64,000 bases of DNA from Chiloscyllium plagiosum (taxonomy: Eukaryota). Below the pieces are notes generated by a model that was given only the letters and a program-made list of their open reading frames with translations, searched no databases and was not told where the DNA came from. This document shows, in pieces, positions 23,935 to 37,915 of the stretch. Location: contig NC_057755.1 of NCBI RefSeq assembly GCF_004010195.1, positions 2,673,804 to 2,737,803 of the forward strand. The letters are read 5' to 3'. The stretch's first letter is position 1; every line of letters starts with the position of its first letter. A program made the position numbers and the translations under genes.

Positions 23935-24612
23935 AAAGTTAAAGATCAAATAACACCACTTTATAATCCACCAGGTTTATTTGGAAGCACTAGCTTTCGA
24001 GCACTGCTCCTTTGTGGTTGCATGTGTGCTTTGTAGAGTGGGCACATGCGTTTGACGTACATGGTACATTAGCAAGACCAAGCAGATGCCAGGACAATGG
24101 CTAAATGGACACCGACAACAATCGCCAGACAGGAATGTTTCCTCCAGTCAGAGAGCACTTCAACGTTCAGGGACATTGGTCTCAGAACTTCGGGTGACCA
24201 TCCTCCAAGGTGGACTCCGGGATATGCAGCAATGCAGAGAGGCAGATAGCCAAGGTCGGTTATCATGAGGATAGGCTAAACTGGGACCTTGGATTCATGT
24301 CACACTATAAGTGACCCACTACACTGTACACTCTCTCACACATGCACACATACACGCACACTCACACAGACTCTCTCATACAAACGCTGTCTCTCAGACA
24401 CACATACACCTCTCATGCTTACAACCAGGCATACACACCCGCACACGCGTATACTCCATCACAATCACACACCCACTCGACCAATCACACACACACCCAA
24501 ACACAAAGGAGCAGCGCTCCGAAAGCTAGTGCTTCTAAATAAACCTGTTTGTCTATAATCAGTTATTTTGCGATTTTTAACTTGGTCCATCCCCGTCTAA
24601 CACCAGCATCTG
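23935..24612 (+). mobile_element. Penelope-like element 3' fragment with inverted terminal piece
   Basis: EHFNVQGH and LRVTILQGGL C-terminal motifs, CA-rich tract, terminal GCTCCGAAAGCTAGTG also inverted at 23988-24010. Confidence 0.7.
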
Positions 24613-24639
24613 CAAGAAAAGATAAACGAACAGGCACTG

Positions 24640-25716
24640 CCAAGAATACTGCATTTAACCTTGTATTCTGTATTCAAATTCGAGTTTCCAAAACATAATT
24701 CAACGTGCAAAAGTGTGAAGTGACTCATCCGCTACTGACCAGCTAATTTCTGCATCCAGTCAATGTCCCGTTGCAATCTACAGCAGCCCTCCACACTAAT
24801 CACCACTCTACCAACCTTTGCATCATCGGCAAACTTAACAACACTCCCTTTCACTTCCTCATTCAAGTCATTTGTAACAATAACAAAGAGCAGAGGTCCC
24901 AGAACAGATCCCAATAAAACACTACTGGTCACCGAGCTCCTTCTGAATACTTCCCACCTAATACCACCCTCTGTATTCTATGCACCAGCCAATTCTGAGT
25001 CCAGATAGCCAGATTACCCTGTATCCCATGCCTACATACTTTCTGAATGAGCCTACCATGAGGAACTTTCTCACACATCTTGCTAAAATCCATGTACACC
25101 ACATTCACTGCTGTGCTTTTATTAATGCATTTTGTTACATCCTCAAAGAATTCAATAAGATTGGTGGTGCATGACCTGCCCCTGGCAAAGCCATGCTGAC
25201 TATCTCTAATCAAATTATGGTTTTCCAAGTAATCATAAATTCTGACTCAGAATCCTCTCCAATAGTTTGCACTTCACAGACGAAAGACTGACTGGTCGGT
25301 AATTCCCAGGATTATCCCTAATCCCCCATCTTGAACCAGGACATAACATGTACGCCCTCCTTTCATCTGGCATTACTCAAGTGGACAGTGAGAATGCAAA
25401 GATGCAGCAAAATCTTCCCACACTTCCTGTAGTCCACTTGGGTAGATCCCATCTGGCTCAGGGGAGTTATCTATCCTTATATTTTTCAAAGTTTTCAGCG
25501 CATCTACCTTCTTCACATGAACCTGTTTGAGCTTACTAGCCTGTTCCACGCAGTTTTTACAAACATCAATGTCCCTCTCATTAGTGAATACTGAATGATC
25601 GTATTTATTAAGGACCTCCAATAATCTTCGGACTCCAGTTACAAGATCCTTACAGTATCCCTGATCAGCCCTACCCTCACTCTGGCCATCCTCTTGGTCC
25701 TCACAAAAGTGTTCCA
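24640..25716 (-). mobile_element. CR1-type LINE ORF2 fragment
   Basis: SQHGFARGRSCTTNLIEFF, YMDFSK, GSVLGPLLF, KFADD. Confidence 0.9.
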
Positions 25717-25724
25717 CACACTTT

Positions 25725-27315
25725 TAATGGTAAGGTCCGAGTGAGTGTTGCTGAACAAAGAGACCTTGGAGTGCAGGTCCATTGCTCCTTGAAAGTAGAA
25801 TCGCAGGGAGATAGGATTGTGAAGAAGGCATTTGGTATGCTTTCTTTTATTGGTCAGAATATTGAGTATAGGAGTTGGGAGGACATGTTGCAGATGTACA
25901 GGACATTGGTTAGGCCACCTTTGGAAGATAGACTGCAGTTCTGGTCTCCCTCCTTTCAGTGGGATATTGTGAAATGTGAAAGGGTTCAGAAAGCATTTAC
26001 AAGCATATTACCAGGGTTGGAGGATGTGAGCAATAGGGAGAGGCTGAATAGACTGTGGTTGTTTCCCCTGGCGTGTCAGAGGCTGAGGGGTGACCTTATG
26101 GAAGTTTGTAAAATCATGCGATGCATGGATAGGGTAAATAGACAAAGTCTTTTCTCCGGGGTGCGAGAATCCAGAACTAGAGGGCATAGGTTTAGGATGA
26201 GAGGGGCAAGAGATAAAAGGGAGCTGAGGGGCAAGGTTTTCATGCAGAGGGTGATACGTAAATGGAATGGTCTGCCAGAGAAAGTGGTGGAGGCTGGTAC
26301 AATTACAGCATTTAAAGATATTTGAATGGGTATATGAAAGGAAAGATTCAGTGGGATATGGACTAAGTGCTGGCAAGTGGAATTGGATTGCGTTGGGATA
26401 TCTGGTCGGCATGGACAAGTTGGACAGAAGGGTCTGTTTCCCTGCTGTCCATCTCCCTGACTTAATGTTACATTCCACTAGAATTTTCCTTCAGTTTACC
26501 TGCTTCCGCTTATTCAGGCCCCCTTGTATTTCTCCTAAGTCCATTCTTCAGTGTTTTTCTGGTTACCTAGTAACCTTCTTCTTCCCTGTCTAATCCTTGT
26601 TTACTCACTCTTCTTCATCTTTACTAGGTGTTCCACATCCCTTGACACCTAAGGTTCCTTCTCCCTCTCATTCCCTTCCTTGCCTCAGTGGGACAAACCT
26701 ATCCAACACCATCAGCAAATGCTCCCTATACCACCTCCACATATCCATCCCGCATTTCCCTCGAGTACATCTGTTCCCACTTTAGGCCCCCTCCCGTTCC
26801 TGCCTAGTAGCATTGTCATTTCCCCTCCCAAACTGAACATTTTCCCATACAGTGTGCTCCTATCCCTCCACATGACTACAGCAAAAGTAATGAAAGAACA
26901 GGGAGATCTTGGGGACATGTCCATAGATCACTCTTAGTTGTCACCCAGGCTGATAGGTTTGTTAAGAAGGCGTTATGCTGTTTGGCTGTCATTAGCAGGG
27001 GATATAAGAGCTGCAAGGTTATGCTGCAGCTCAATCAAGCCCTGGTTACAGCACACTTGGAATATTGTGTTCACTTCTGGTCACCTCATTAGAGGAAGGA
27101 TGTGGGAGCTTTAGAGATGGTGCAAAGGAGATTTAGCAGGATGCTGTCTGGATTGGAGGGCATGTCTAATGAAGAAAGTTTGAGGGAGCTAGGGATTTTC
27201 TCATTGGAGCGAAGGACGATAAGAAGTGATTTCATGGAGGTGTACAAGATGATGAGAGGCACCGATGGAATGAACTGTGGCAGACATTTTCCTGGGGCCG
27301 AAATGGCTTTCTCAA
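25725..27315 (+). mobile_element. Two CR1 3' fragments (25725-26460, 26893-27315) flanking a minus-strand CR1 piece (26470-26890)
   Basis: QRDLGVQVH...RLRGDLMEV motifs on plus strand. Confidence 0.8.
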
Positions 27316-27469
27316 GCTGGTCTGTTTTTTTACTGGAGGTTAGGTATTGTCATTTTGGCTCAGGTTTTGTCCATTCAGGTAACGAGTTCCGCAACATCGA
27401 ATGAGAGCATTGCTTTGTCTTTATCTATGTTTAAGTTTCTTTTGCTGTTTTGGAATTCCTTTGATAATA

Positions 27470-27778
27470 GGGCAGCAGAGTGGCACAGTGGTTAGCACTG
27501 CTGCCGCACAGCACTCGAAACCCAGGTTCAATTCCTGCCTCCAGCCACTGTCTGTGTGGAGTTTGCACATGCTCCCCATGTTTGTGAGGGTTTCCTGTGG
27601 GTGCTCTTGATTCCTCCCACAATCCAAAGATGTGTCGGTTAGGTGAATTGCCCGTAGTGTTAGGTGAAGGGGGAATTGTAGGGAAATGGGTCTGGTGGGT
27701 TACACTTTGGAAGGTCAGTGTGAAGTTGTTGGGCCGAAGGGCCTGTTTCCACACTGTAAGTAATCTCATCATCATCAT
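27470..27778 (+). mobile_element. tRNA-derived SINE
   Basis: TGGCACAGTGGTTAGC...GGTTCAATTCC head, (ATC)n tail. Confidence 0.85.
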
Positions 27779-27899
27779 TGGAATAAGTGTTGGGATCCAC
27801 TGGTAAGTTATTTTAGCTTTGTTCAAATTCTTTTGTACGTTTATGTGACACAGTTCCGAGATTGTCACAATAGGTCTAAGTGGTATATCTGGTTAGTAA

Positions 27900-28210
27900 A
27901 CCTTAGATAATTAGAAAATTATCGGGTGTTTTTGCCTTCAGGTTACATCTTTTATCAATCTGTATTGGTTATGAGTCCGTTTTTGCATAAGGTCCATAGT
28001 GTAATGTTTATTCCTTTGGCTGGGTGTGGCGTGGGTCGCACTCCCTCTGTTGGTAGTGTCAGTATCTGCATGTAGTTTCTGTGGTTTTTGAACATGTTCC
28101 GTGTTGTTCATGAATACTGTCATTCTGCCTTTATCTGCCAGTGCAATGATTGTGTTTCTGTGCTTTTTGCATGTTTTAGGCCTTCTCTCGCTCTTTTGTG
28201 TTAAGGTTGT
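27900..28210 (-). mobile_element. Penelope-like RT N-terminal remnant
   Basis: IIALADKGRMTVFMN matches the PLE 'ADKG' motif. Confidence 0.6.
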
Positions 28211-28519
28211 TATGTATAGAACAACACAGCACAATATAGGCTCTTCGACCCTCGAGGTTGTGTCGACCTTTTATCCTATTTTAAAATTAAACTAACCTAC
28301 GAACCCGACACATTACTATCATTCATGTGCCTAGCCAGGGGTTTCCTAAATGTACCTAATGTATCTGACTCAACTACCGCCACTGGCAGTGCATTCCACA
28401 CACCCACCACTCTGTGAAAAAATCCTACCCCTGTAACTTCCCCGAAAAGTTCATCCAATATGTAATGGTCTCTGTTACCTCATGAATGTAACATTTTTAA
28501 TACACTAAAATTCAGGGAT

Positions 28520-29395
28520 ACACTCAGATCCTCCTTCCGTATATGCTTTTTGATACAATTGCTTTCGTTTTTAATCTTTCTGTTGTAACTCAGTTAATTT
28601 CTCTGAGCTAAAGATATCTACGTTGTCCTCCATTGCTTCCTGTTTTGTCTCAAACATTTGATTAGCTATCATCTCTGATAATTCTACATCAATTTTCTTA
28701 TCTGTACTCTTTGATTTCTCCTGTTTCAACTGGTGACTTTGTGACCTCGTTAGAACATAGTGAGGAAAATTCCCAGGATGTGCTTTTGTAGGACTTCAGT
28801 TCCATTGGCGTTCTAACCACAGGAGGCAGTACTCATACTTTGACCCAATGACGTTGTTAGCAAGGGCAAATTGTATTTCTGGAACTGAGTGTTTGTCAGT
28901 ACTCCGACCAGCACCTCTCCATTTTTCACTGGATACTCTAACATCACTCTATGTAACTGAGCACTTATTGTCTCACCATGAATTCCACGTACTAGCACTT
29001 TGTCTGGCAATATTCCTTCTGATTTACATATCTCCTGATCCCTAAACATCATGTTTGACATGATTCTGTGTCCTATAATACTGTCACCTCTTTCACAACT
29101 GCACCTGGCCTGTGCAAGTAATCTTCACCTGCGAACGTAAATAAAATAAAGAGATCTGGCACTTCCTCATTAATCAACCAACGAGCAGTTTGTAATTTCT
29201 GTTGCAGCCTCTCAGCCATCATTGTGCTTTGCTTTACCACTCCAATGAAATTCCCTGGTTATCCCATTTGCCTGCTTCCATTCTTCCCAGTGCTTTTCCT
29301 CACCCACCAACACTGTAATTTCATGTGGCCTGCTTGATTGCAGGGAAAACTCTGGAGCTTTTTAACTTTTCTTTCACCTTAATGGATTTCCTTTT
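28520..29395 (-). mobile_element. Gypsy-type LTR retrotransposon internal remnant (zinc knuckle/protease region)
   Basis: CWWVRKSTG-like decayed knuckle region and VRGIHGE...LHRVML...GEVLVGV protease-like segment. Confidence 0.5.
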
Positions 29396-29399
29396 TACC

Positions 29400-30670
29400 C
29401 TGTGGTAAAGTGTAGATATTATGGTCATATCTTGGGTACAGCCCATATCACAGTAGAGGTGGTGTTGAATATATTAAGGTGTATGAGGATGAATAAATCA
29501 CCTGCTCCTGAACAGATGTATGCAAGAACACTGCAAGAGGCTGGAGGAGAAATTCAGTGGGCCCTCGCTGTTATGTTTGTTTCAGCGTTTGCCAGGGCTG
29601 AGGTCACATAAGATCAGAGGGTAAGGAATGTTGTGCCCTTATGCAAGAAAGGCTGCAAAAATAAAAACTGGGAGATACAGAGCAGTATGCCGACCATCTG
29701 TAGTAGGTAAGTTACTTGGGATTATTCTGAGAAATAAGATATGCATACACGTGGAAAGATAGTGTTTCATTAGGAATACTCAGCATGGCTTTGGACATGG
29801 GCAATCATGCCTCACACATTTGTGAGAGTTCTTTGATGAAAGGGACAGGAAGACTAATAAAGGCAGGGTAATAGATGCAGTCTATATGGATTTCTGCAAA
29901 GCCTTTGATAGGTTCCGCATGGTAGGCTATTCTGGAAGGTCAGCTCTTATGGAATCCTTGGGGACCTGGCAAATTAGATACACCATATGCTTGATGGTAG
30001 AAAGCAGAGGGTAATAATGAAAGGATGTTTGTCAGACTGGAGGCCTGTGACTAGAGGAGTGCCTCAGGGATCGGTGCTGGACCCATTGTCGTCAGTTATC
30101 TATACACAAGATTTGAATAGAAATGTATAAGGCATGATTACTAAGTTTCCAGATGATGTTAAAATAGGCAGTATCATGAACAGCGAGGAAGGCTGTCAGA
30201 AATTGCAGCAGGATCTTGATCAGCTGGAAAAGTGGTCTGACAAATGGCAAATGGAGTTTAATAAGGAGTGCAGTGGAACAGGGAGTTCAGGTGCACGGTT
30301 CTTGGAAAGTGGAGTCACAGGTACACAGGGCGGTGAAGAAAGTTTTAGGCACACTGGCCTTCATCAGTCAGGGCATTGGTCGGGGACTGTGTTTCGGAGG
30401 CATGAGGTCATGTTGCAGCTGTGCAAAATTCTGGTGCAGCCGCACTTGGAGTATTATGTACTGTTCTGGTTACCACAGTACTGCAACCAGAAAGGATGTG
30501 GAAGCGTTGGAAAGTTTCCAGAGGAGATTGACTAGGATGTTGCCTGGTATGGAGGGGAGGTCTTATGAAGTAAGGCTGGGGGACTTGAAGCTGTTTTCAT
30601 TAAAGACAAGAAGGTTAGAGGTGACTTAATAGAGACATAAATGATGATCAGAGGATTAGTTAAGGTGAAC
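29400..30670 (+). mobile_element. CR1-type LINE ORF2 fragment
   Basis: NKSPAPE, QHGF, GVPQGSVLGP, KFPDD, HLEYYVLFW. Confidence 0.88.
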
Positions 30671-30679
30671 TAAGTGTTT

Positions 30680-31935
30680 CCTGGGGGTGGAAGAAGTGAC
30701 TTTGTCTGTTTACAAAAGGTGAACAAGGTAAAGCTGCTTTAGTTGGTAGAGAAACTTGAGTTAGAGTTATCTTCATCGGTGAGTAAAGAAGAAGCAATTA
30801 CAGCAATAGCTCAGCATTGAGATTTGCTGCAAACAGTATCAGATTCTTTGGATATGGCTCAAAGTTTGATTGAAAATGAAACAGCTTGAGTTAAAGGCAA
30901 AAGAGGAAGAGAAAAAGAAATGGAAAAGAGTTTGAATTAACATTTAAAGCAGACCAAAAAGACAAGGGAAAAGTAGAGAGAGAGGGAGAGAGAGAGGGAG
31001 AAAAATAGAGAGAAAAGAGAGAGAGGAGAGAGACAGAAGAACATGAAGAGTTTGAACTTCCGAAATTGCCAAATAGTGGAAAGTTATCTTTAAAGAATGG
31101 CGGTGAAGATGAAAGGTAAGTTTAGTGGGGAAGACAATGAGAGTGGGGAAGATAATGGGAGTGCGGAAGACAATGAGGGTGGGGAAGATAATGAGGGTGG
31201 GGAAGACAATGAGGGTGGGGAAGACAATGAGAGTGTGGAAGACAATGAGAGTGGGGAAGATAATGAGGGTGCGGAAGACACTGAGAGTGGGGAAGACAAT
31301 GAGAGTGCGGAAGACAATGAGATTGGGGAAGACAATGAAAGTGGGGAAGATAATGAGAGTACGGAAGACAATTAGAGTGGGGAAGATAATGAGAGTGAGG
31401 AAGATAGGGAGGGTGAGCAAACCCATCGGAGCAGAAGGCTGTTTGGGGATCGTTTAAATCTATCAAAGCATTGCTTTCATTTGATGAGAATGATGTAGAA
31501 GTCTTTTTCATCTCATTTTAAAAGGGTGACTAAACAAATCAAGTGGCCAGCTGCCATGTGGGTTTTGTTGATTCAAAAAATCTATTGGTTAGAGCATCTG
31601 AAGTATTTGTATCACGATCAGAGGAGGTCTCTGGGGAATATGAGGTGGTGAAGAAAACCATGTTAAGTGCGTATGAACTTGTGCCAGAAGCCTACAGACA
31701 AGGTTCGGGAATCTAAGGAAAGGACCCTGATGAAATATGCATTGAGTTTGGAATGAGAATTCATGTGGAAGAGCAGAGAGTTCAAAGGCGAGATAAGCAG
31801 CTAAAATGGCTGATGGTTATGGATTTGCTCATAAATCAAAGTTTGCTTTCCCAAAATCAATTTCAGTCCATGAGGGTTAGAAACTAGGGAAAAGAGAAAT
31901 CCTCACGCGGTAACGAAAAAGTAGATCTCAGTGAA
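30680..31935 (+). mobile_element. SCAN-type Gypsy gag remnant
   Basis: E/K/R-rich coiled coil, FDENDVEVFFISF, GRASEVF, MLSAYELVPEAYRQ. Confidence 0.7.
31124..31406 (+). repeat. 18-bp minisatellite AGTGGGGAAGACAATGAG, ~15.5 copies
   Basis: Directly visible; translates as (S/G)GEDNE repeats. Confidence 0.95.
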
Positions 31936-31939
31936 GGTA

Positions 31940-34900
31940 GAGTCATAGACTCACAGGGTCAGAAAGTCCTACAGCATGAAGACAAGCCTTTTGACCGAAA
32001 TTGGTCCATGCTAACCAAAATGTCCATCAATGTTAACTCCACTTCACTGCAGAATTGGCTCATATCCTTCTTAGACCTTTCCTATTCATGTATTTGTCCA
32101 AAAGCCTTTTAAATGTTGTTACTGTACATACCTCAAGCACCTCCACTGGAAAATCATTCCATGTGCACACCTCACTCTATGTCAGAAAGCTGTCGCTCAG
32201 GTTCCCTTTTACTCTTTCCCCTCTAAACATAATCTGATACACCCTAGTCAGCAAATGCCCAATCCTGGTAAAAGGTCTGAATGAATTCACCCTATCCATG
32301 CCTCTCATGATTTTATGCACTTTTACAAGAGCCCCCTTCAGTATTCTTCACTCTAAAGAAACAATCCTAGCTTTTCCAAACACATCCTGAAAGTCAGACC
32401 ATTGAGACCTGGAAATATCCTCGTAATTTTTTTTCTGCACTCTTTCCAAGTTAATAACATTCTTCCGATAGCAAGTTTACCGGAACTGAACACAATACTC
32501 CAATTGCGGCTTCAACGGCAGCAACGAAAACTGCAACACACCTTCCCAACTTCTATGTGCAATAGAACAGCACAGGCCCTTTGGTCCTCAATGCTGCGTG
32601 AGCCTGCGAAACCAATCTGAAGCCAACCTAACCTACAGTATTCCATTATCATCCTATTTTTATCCAATGACCACTAAAATATCCTTAAAGTTGGCAATTC
32701 TACTACTGCTGCTCTAGTGCTTTCCAAGCACCTATTACTCACTGAATAAATAACCTACCTCTGACATCTGTCCTGTGTCAATCACCCTTCAATATAAAGC
32801 TATGCCCCCACGTGCTAGCCATTACCATCTGAAGAAAAAGGCTTTCACTGTCTACCATGAGTAACCCTTTGATTATCTTATATGTCTCAATTAGGTCACC
32901 GCTTAACATTCTTCTCTCAAACAAAAACAGCCTCAACTCCCTCAGCCTTTCCTCATAAGACTTTCCCTCCAAACCAGGCAAAATCCTCATAAATGTCCTC
33001 TGCACCTTTTCCAAACATTCTACATTCTTCCTATAATGCGGCCACCAGAACTGTTCTCCAAGCACGGCCGAACCAGTGTTTTGTACAGTTGCAACATGAC
33101 CTCGTGGCTCCAAACTCAAACTCTCTACTCATAACAGCTAACACACCCTACCTATTCTTAATAACCCTATCAACCTGGTTGGCAACTTTCACGGATCCAT
33201 GTACCTGGACAGTGTGGATCTCTCGGCTCATCCTAACAACCAAGAATCCAGTACTGTGTATTCCTGTTACTCTGTTCAAAGTGATTCACCTCACACTTTT
33301 TCACATTCAACTGCATTTTCCACCTCTCAGCCCAGCTCCGCAGCTTACTTATATTCCTCTATGACCTGTAACATCTTTTATTACTGTCCACAATTCCGCT
33401 GAATTGTCAGTGTCATGTGCAAATTTTCGAACCCATCCTTCTATGCCCTCATCCAGATCATTTGTAAAAATAAGAAACAACATGGACCAAACAGATTGTT
33501 GAGGTACATCACTAGCACCTGAACTCCAGCATGAACGTTTCCCATCAAACATCACCCTCTGTCTTCTTTCAGCTAGCCAATTTCTGAAATAAACCATTAA
33601 ATCACTATCAATCCTGTGCCTCTGTATTTTGTGTAATAGCCTACCGTGGGGAACCTTATCAAATGCCTTACTGAAAACCATATATGCCAAATCTACCACT
33701 TTACCCTCATCCACCTATTTGGGCACCTTCTCAAAGATGTCTAAGGTTTGTGAGGTATGATCTACCCTTCACACAGCTGAGGTGACTGTCCCTAAGCAAT
33801 TTATTCCTTTCTAGGTAAATCCTCCCTCTTATAATCCTTTCCAACACTTTACCCACAGCAGAAGTAAGGCTTGCTGATGTCTAATTGATTTGGAGATGCT
33901 GGTGTTGGACTGGAGTGCACAAAGTTAAAAATCACATCACCAGGTTCTAGTCTAATAGGTTTCTTTGGAAGCCCTAGCTTGCGAGGGAAGATCCTTAATC
34001 AGGTGATTATGGAGTACTCTACAATCCACAACCATCTGATGAAGGAACAGCCCTCCGAAAGCTAGTGCTTCCTATAAAACCCGTTGGACTATAACCTGGT
34101 GTTGTATGATTTTTAACTTTGATCTATAATTACTAGGGTTGTCTCTACTCCCCTTCTTGAACAAGAGGACAACGTTTGCTATCTTCCAGTCTTCTGGCAT
34201 TATTCCTGTAGACAATGATGACATTAAGATCAAAGACAAAGGCTCTGCAATCTCCTTAGCTTCCCAGAGAATCATAAGATAAATCCCATATGGCCCAGGG
34301 GCTTTATCAATTTTCACACGTTCCAGAATTGTTAACACATCCTCCTTGTGAATCTCAATCCTGTCTAGTCTAGGAGCCTGTATCTCAGTACTCTTTCCGA
34401 CAACATTGTCGTTTTCCTGCATGAATAATAATGAAAAATATTCAGCACTGCTCTTATCTCCTCAGACTCCACGCACAACTTCCAACTACTTCACAGGCCC
34501 TAATGTTACTCGAGTAATTTTCTTTTTTTTCCTGACATACCTCTAGAAAGCTTTAGTGCTCTCCTTGATCATGTCCTCTCCTTCCTCTTCTTGGCTCTCT
34601 CTTTAATCCTTCCAAGCTAACTTGTAACTCTCAAGACTTCTAACTGAGCCTTCATGCCTCATCTTTACGTAAGCTGCCTCCTTTTTTTGACAAGTGATTC
34701 AACTACTTTAGTAAATCATGATTCCCTTGCTTGGTCACTTCCTATCTGCTTGACAAGTACATACTTATCAAGGACACACAGTAGCTATTCCTTGAACAAG
34801 CTCTAAGTTTCAGTCGTACCCATCCACTGCAGTTTCCTTCCCCATCCTATGCATCCTAAATGTTGCCTAAGTGCATCATAATTGCCTTTGCGTCGCTACA

Positions 34901-35590
34901 GCTCTTGCCTTGCAGTTTCTCCTTATTCCTTTCCACCACTAAAGTAAATGTAGCCTAATTGTGGTCACTGTCACCAAATGACCACATACCTCCAAATCTA
35001 ACACCTGGCTAAGTTCATTGCACGAAGTAAAATCCAATATGGCTTCACGTCTTGTTGGCCTATTTACATGCTGAAAAGGGTTACACCTGAAACGTCTACT
35101 TATGCAGCTCCTGATGCTGCCTGGCTCGCTGTGTCCTCCAGTCTCCTGCCTGTCTATTTTGGATTCCTGCATTTGCTGCCTTTTTGTCTTCATCTATATA
35201 CTGTGTCCGGAAAGTCTCTTTTCACACATTGGACAAAACCTGACCCATCGAAAGTACTCAAACAATCGCATTTCCAGTCAATATTTGGAAAGTTAAAGTC
35301 CCCCATAACACTACCCTGTTATTTTCACACATATCCAGAATCACCTTTGCAATCCTTTTCTCTCCATCTCTGAAACTTTTCGGAGGCCTATAGAAAACTC
35401 TCAACAGGGTGACCTCTCCTTTCCTGTTTCTAAGTTCAACCCGTACTTCCTCAGTAGATGAGTACTCAGCAAATGTACTTTCTGCCACCGTAACACTGTC
35501 CTTGACTAATAATGGCACACCCCCACTCTCTTTTACCACCTTCCCTGATCTTAGTGAAAAATCTAAACCCCAGAACCTGCAACCTCCTAG
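31940..35590 (-). mobile_element. CR1-type LINEs (3' piece 31940-32555; long copy 32560-35590 from endonuclease to tail)
   Basis: GGVPLLVK...FYRPP (APE endonuclease), DKAPGPYGI, FSKAFDKVPH, LSGDLIETYKI. Carries PLE insertions at 33887-34120 and ~35070-35190. Confidence 0.88.
33887..34120. mobile_element. Penelope-like terminal inverted-pair insertion with hammerhead-like motif at 34033-34067
   Basis: 33924-34005 and 34033-34120 are inverted. CTGATGAAGGA...TCCGAAAGCTAGTG present. Confidence 0.75.
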
Positions 35591-35689
35591 GTTGAGCTAA
35601 TGAACCAAATTAACTCGTGACAGCAACTGTCAGATAAACCCAAAACTCCAAATTAATCAATGAAAAAAAAAACTACAAATGTTGTGTAT

Positions 35690-36120
35690 CAGAAAGTAAA
35701 TCAAAAACTGCTGGAAAAGCTGAGAAGGTCTGGCAGCAACATCAAACTTAAGGTTTCGGGTGAAGTAACTATTCCTCAGAATTGATGGTAGCGAAGAAAA
35801 TATTGGCTTCTATGAAGAAGATAAGGTGGGGAGGGGAAGCAGTAAGTGATGGTTGGGGATGCAGCTCAAAGGCAGAGAAGAACAGTTGGTCAGAAAGAAA
35901 AGAGTGGGTAACGATCTGGCTAGGAGAGTAAATAAAACTGAATAGGAACTGTCAGTGATTAACAATGGACTCTGTATTAGTGGACTGTGTGATAACAAGG
36001 CCTGGTGTGTGAACGTTGGGGTTAGAACATGGGACAACTCAAGTGCTAAAGCTGTTGAACACGACATTGAGGGAGAGGACACAGTACAAGCGGAAAACGA
36101 TGTGCTGTTTATTCCGTTTG
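35690..36120 (-). mobile_element. Penelope-like element 3' remnant
   Basis: Decayed GAAAC terminal motif near 35750-35780 and PLE-like C-terminal sequence near 36050-36120. Confidence 0.5.
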
Positions 36121-36129
36121 TGCTGTGCT

Positions 36130-37915
36130 TTGCATTTTCATATATAAGGAGCAAGAGGGTAACAAGAGAAAGTGTTGGCCCACTCAAGGGCAAAGGAGTA
36201 TTCAGAGAAAGTGGGTGAGGCTCTTAATAAGTACTTTGCATTAGTATTCACCGAAGAGTGGGCAATGACGGATGTTGAAGTTAGGAATAGAAGGTTGTTT
36301 AGTCTAGGTCAAGTCGGCATAACAAGGGAGGAAGTGTTGGGTATTCTAAAAGGGATTAATGTGGACAAGTCCCACGTTCGGATGGGATCTATCAGAGGTT
36401 ACTGAAGGAAGTGAGAGAGGAAATAGCTGGGGCCTTAACAGATATCTTTGCAGATCCTTGAATACGGGTGAGATCCTGGGGGATTGGAGAATTGCTAATG
36501 TTGTCCCCTTGCTTAAGACAGGTAGCAGGGATAATTCAGGTAGTTATAGACCACTGAGCCTGACGTCAGTGGTAGCGAAGCTGCTGAAGAAGGTACTAAG
36601 GGATAGGATGTATTCCCATTTGGAAAACAAATGGGCTCTTCAGTGATAGGCAACCTGGTTTTGTGCAGGGAAGGTTAAGTCTTACCGAGTTAATAGAATT
36701 CTTTGAGGAAGTGACAAAGTTGATTAATGAGGGAAGGGTTGTAGATGTCATATACATGGACCTCTGTAAAGCATTTGATAAGGTTCCCCATGGTAGGCTG
36801 ATGGGCAAAGTGAAGTTGCATGGGGTCCACAGTGTACTTGCTAGATGGATAGAGAATTGGCTGGGCAACAGGAGACAAACAATAATAGTGGAAATGAGTT
36901 TCTCAAAATGGAGAACTATGACTTGCGGTGTTCCACAGGGATCCGTGTTTGGACCACTGTTGTTTGTGATATACATAAATGATCTTGAACAAGGTATAGG
37001 TGGTCTAATTAGCAAATTTGCAGAAGACACTAAGATTGATGGAATTAGCAGATACTGAAGGGGACTGTCAGAGAATGCAGCAGGATATACCATAGATAGT
37101 GGAGCAGAGAAATGGTAGGTGGAGTTCAATCCGGTGATGCATTTTGGAAGATCAATTTCAAGAGCGGTATAAACAATATAAGGTTAGATCCTGGGGAAAA
37201 TTGATGTACAGAGAGATCTTCCAGTTCAGGTCCTTTGTTCCCTCCAGGTGACAACGCAAGATGAGAGAATGGCCAAGAAGGCATACAGCATGCATTCCTT
37301 CATGGGACAGGGTATTAAGTACAAAAGTTGGTAGGTCATGTTACAGTTATATAAGACATTGGTTCAGCCACATTTGGAATACTGCATACAGTTCTGGTCA
37401 CCACATTACCAAAAGGATGTGAATGCTTTTGGAGAGGGTCAAAGGAGGTTCACCAAGATGATGCCTGGTATGGAGGGCGCTGGCTATGAGGAGAGTTTGA
37501 GTGGATTAGGACAACTTTCATTAGGAAGACCAAGGTTGAGGGGGGACCTGATTGAGTTCTACAAAATCATGAGAGGTCCAGACAGGGTGAATCGCAAAAG
37601 CATTTTTCCCCAGAGTCGGGGACTCAATTACTAGAGGTCACGAGTTCAAGGTGAGAGGGGAAAGGATTAAGAGAGATATGCATGGAAAATTCATTACACA
37701 GTGGTTGGTTGGTACCTGAAATGCATTGCCAGCGGAGGTGGTAGAAGTGGGCACAATAGCATCATTTAAGATGTATCTAGGCCAATACATGAATGGGCAG
37801 GGAGTTGAGGGATACCGATCCTTAGAACATAGGCAACAGGTTTAGATAGAGTATCTGGATTGGCACAGGCTTGGAGGGCTTAACAGCCTGTTCCTGTGCT
37901 GTAATTTTCTTTGTT
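36130..37915 (+). mobile_element. CR1-type LINE ORF2 3' half
   Basis: DWRIANVVPL, YRPLSLTSVV, KAFDKVPH, GVPQGSVFGP, HLEYCIQFWSP. Confidence 0.92.

Noticed and set aside
30944..31511. Hydrophobic, His/Cys-rich or Ser-rich proteins
   Set aside because: All are frames of the 18-bp minisatellite.
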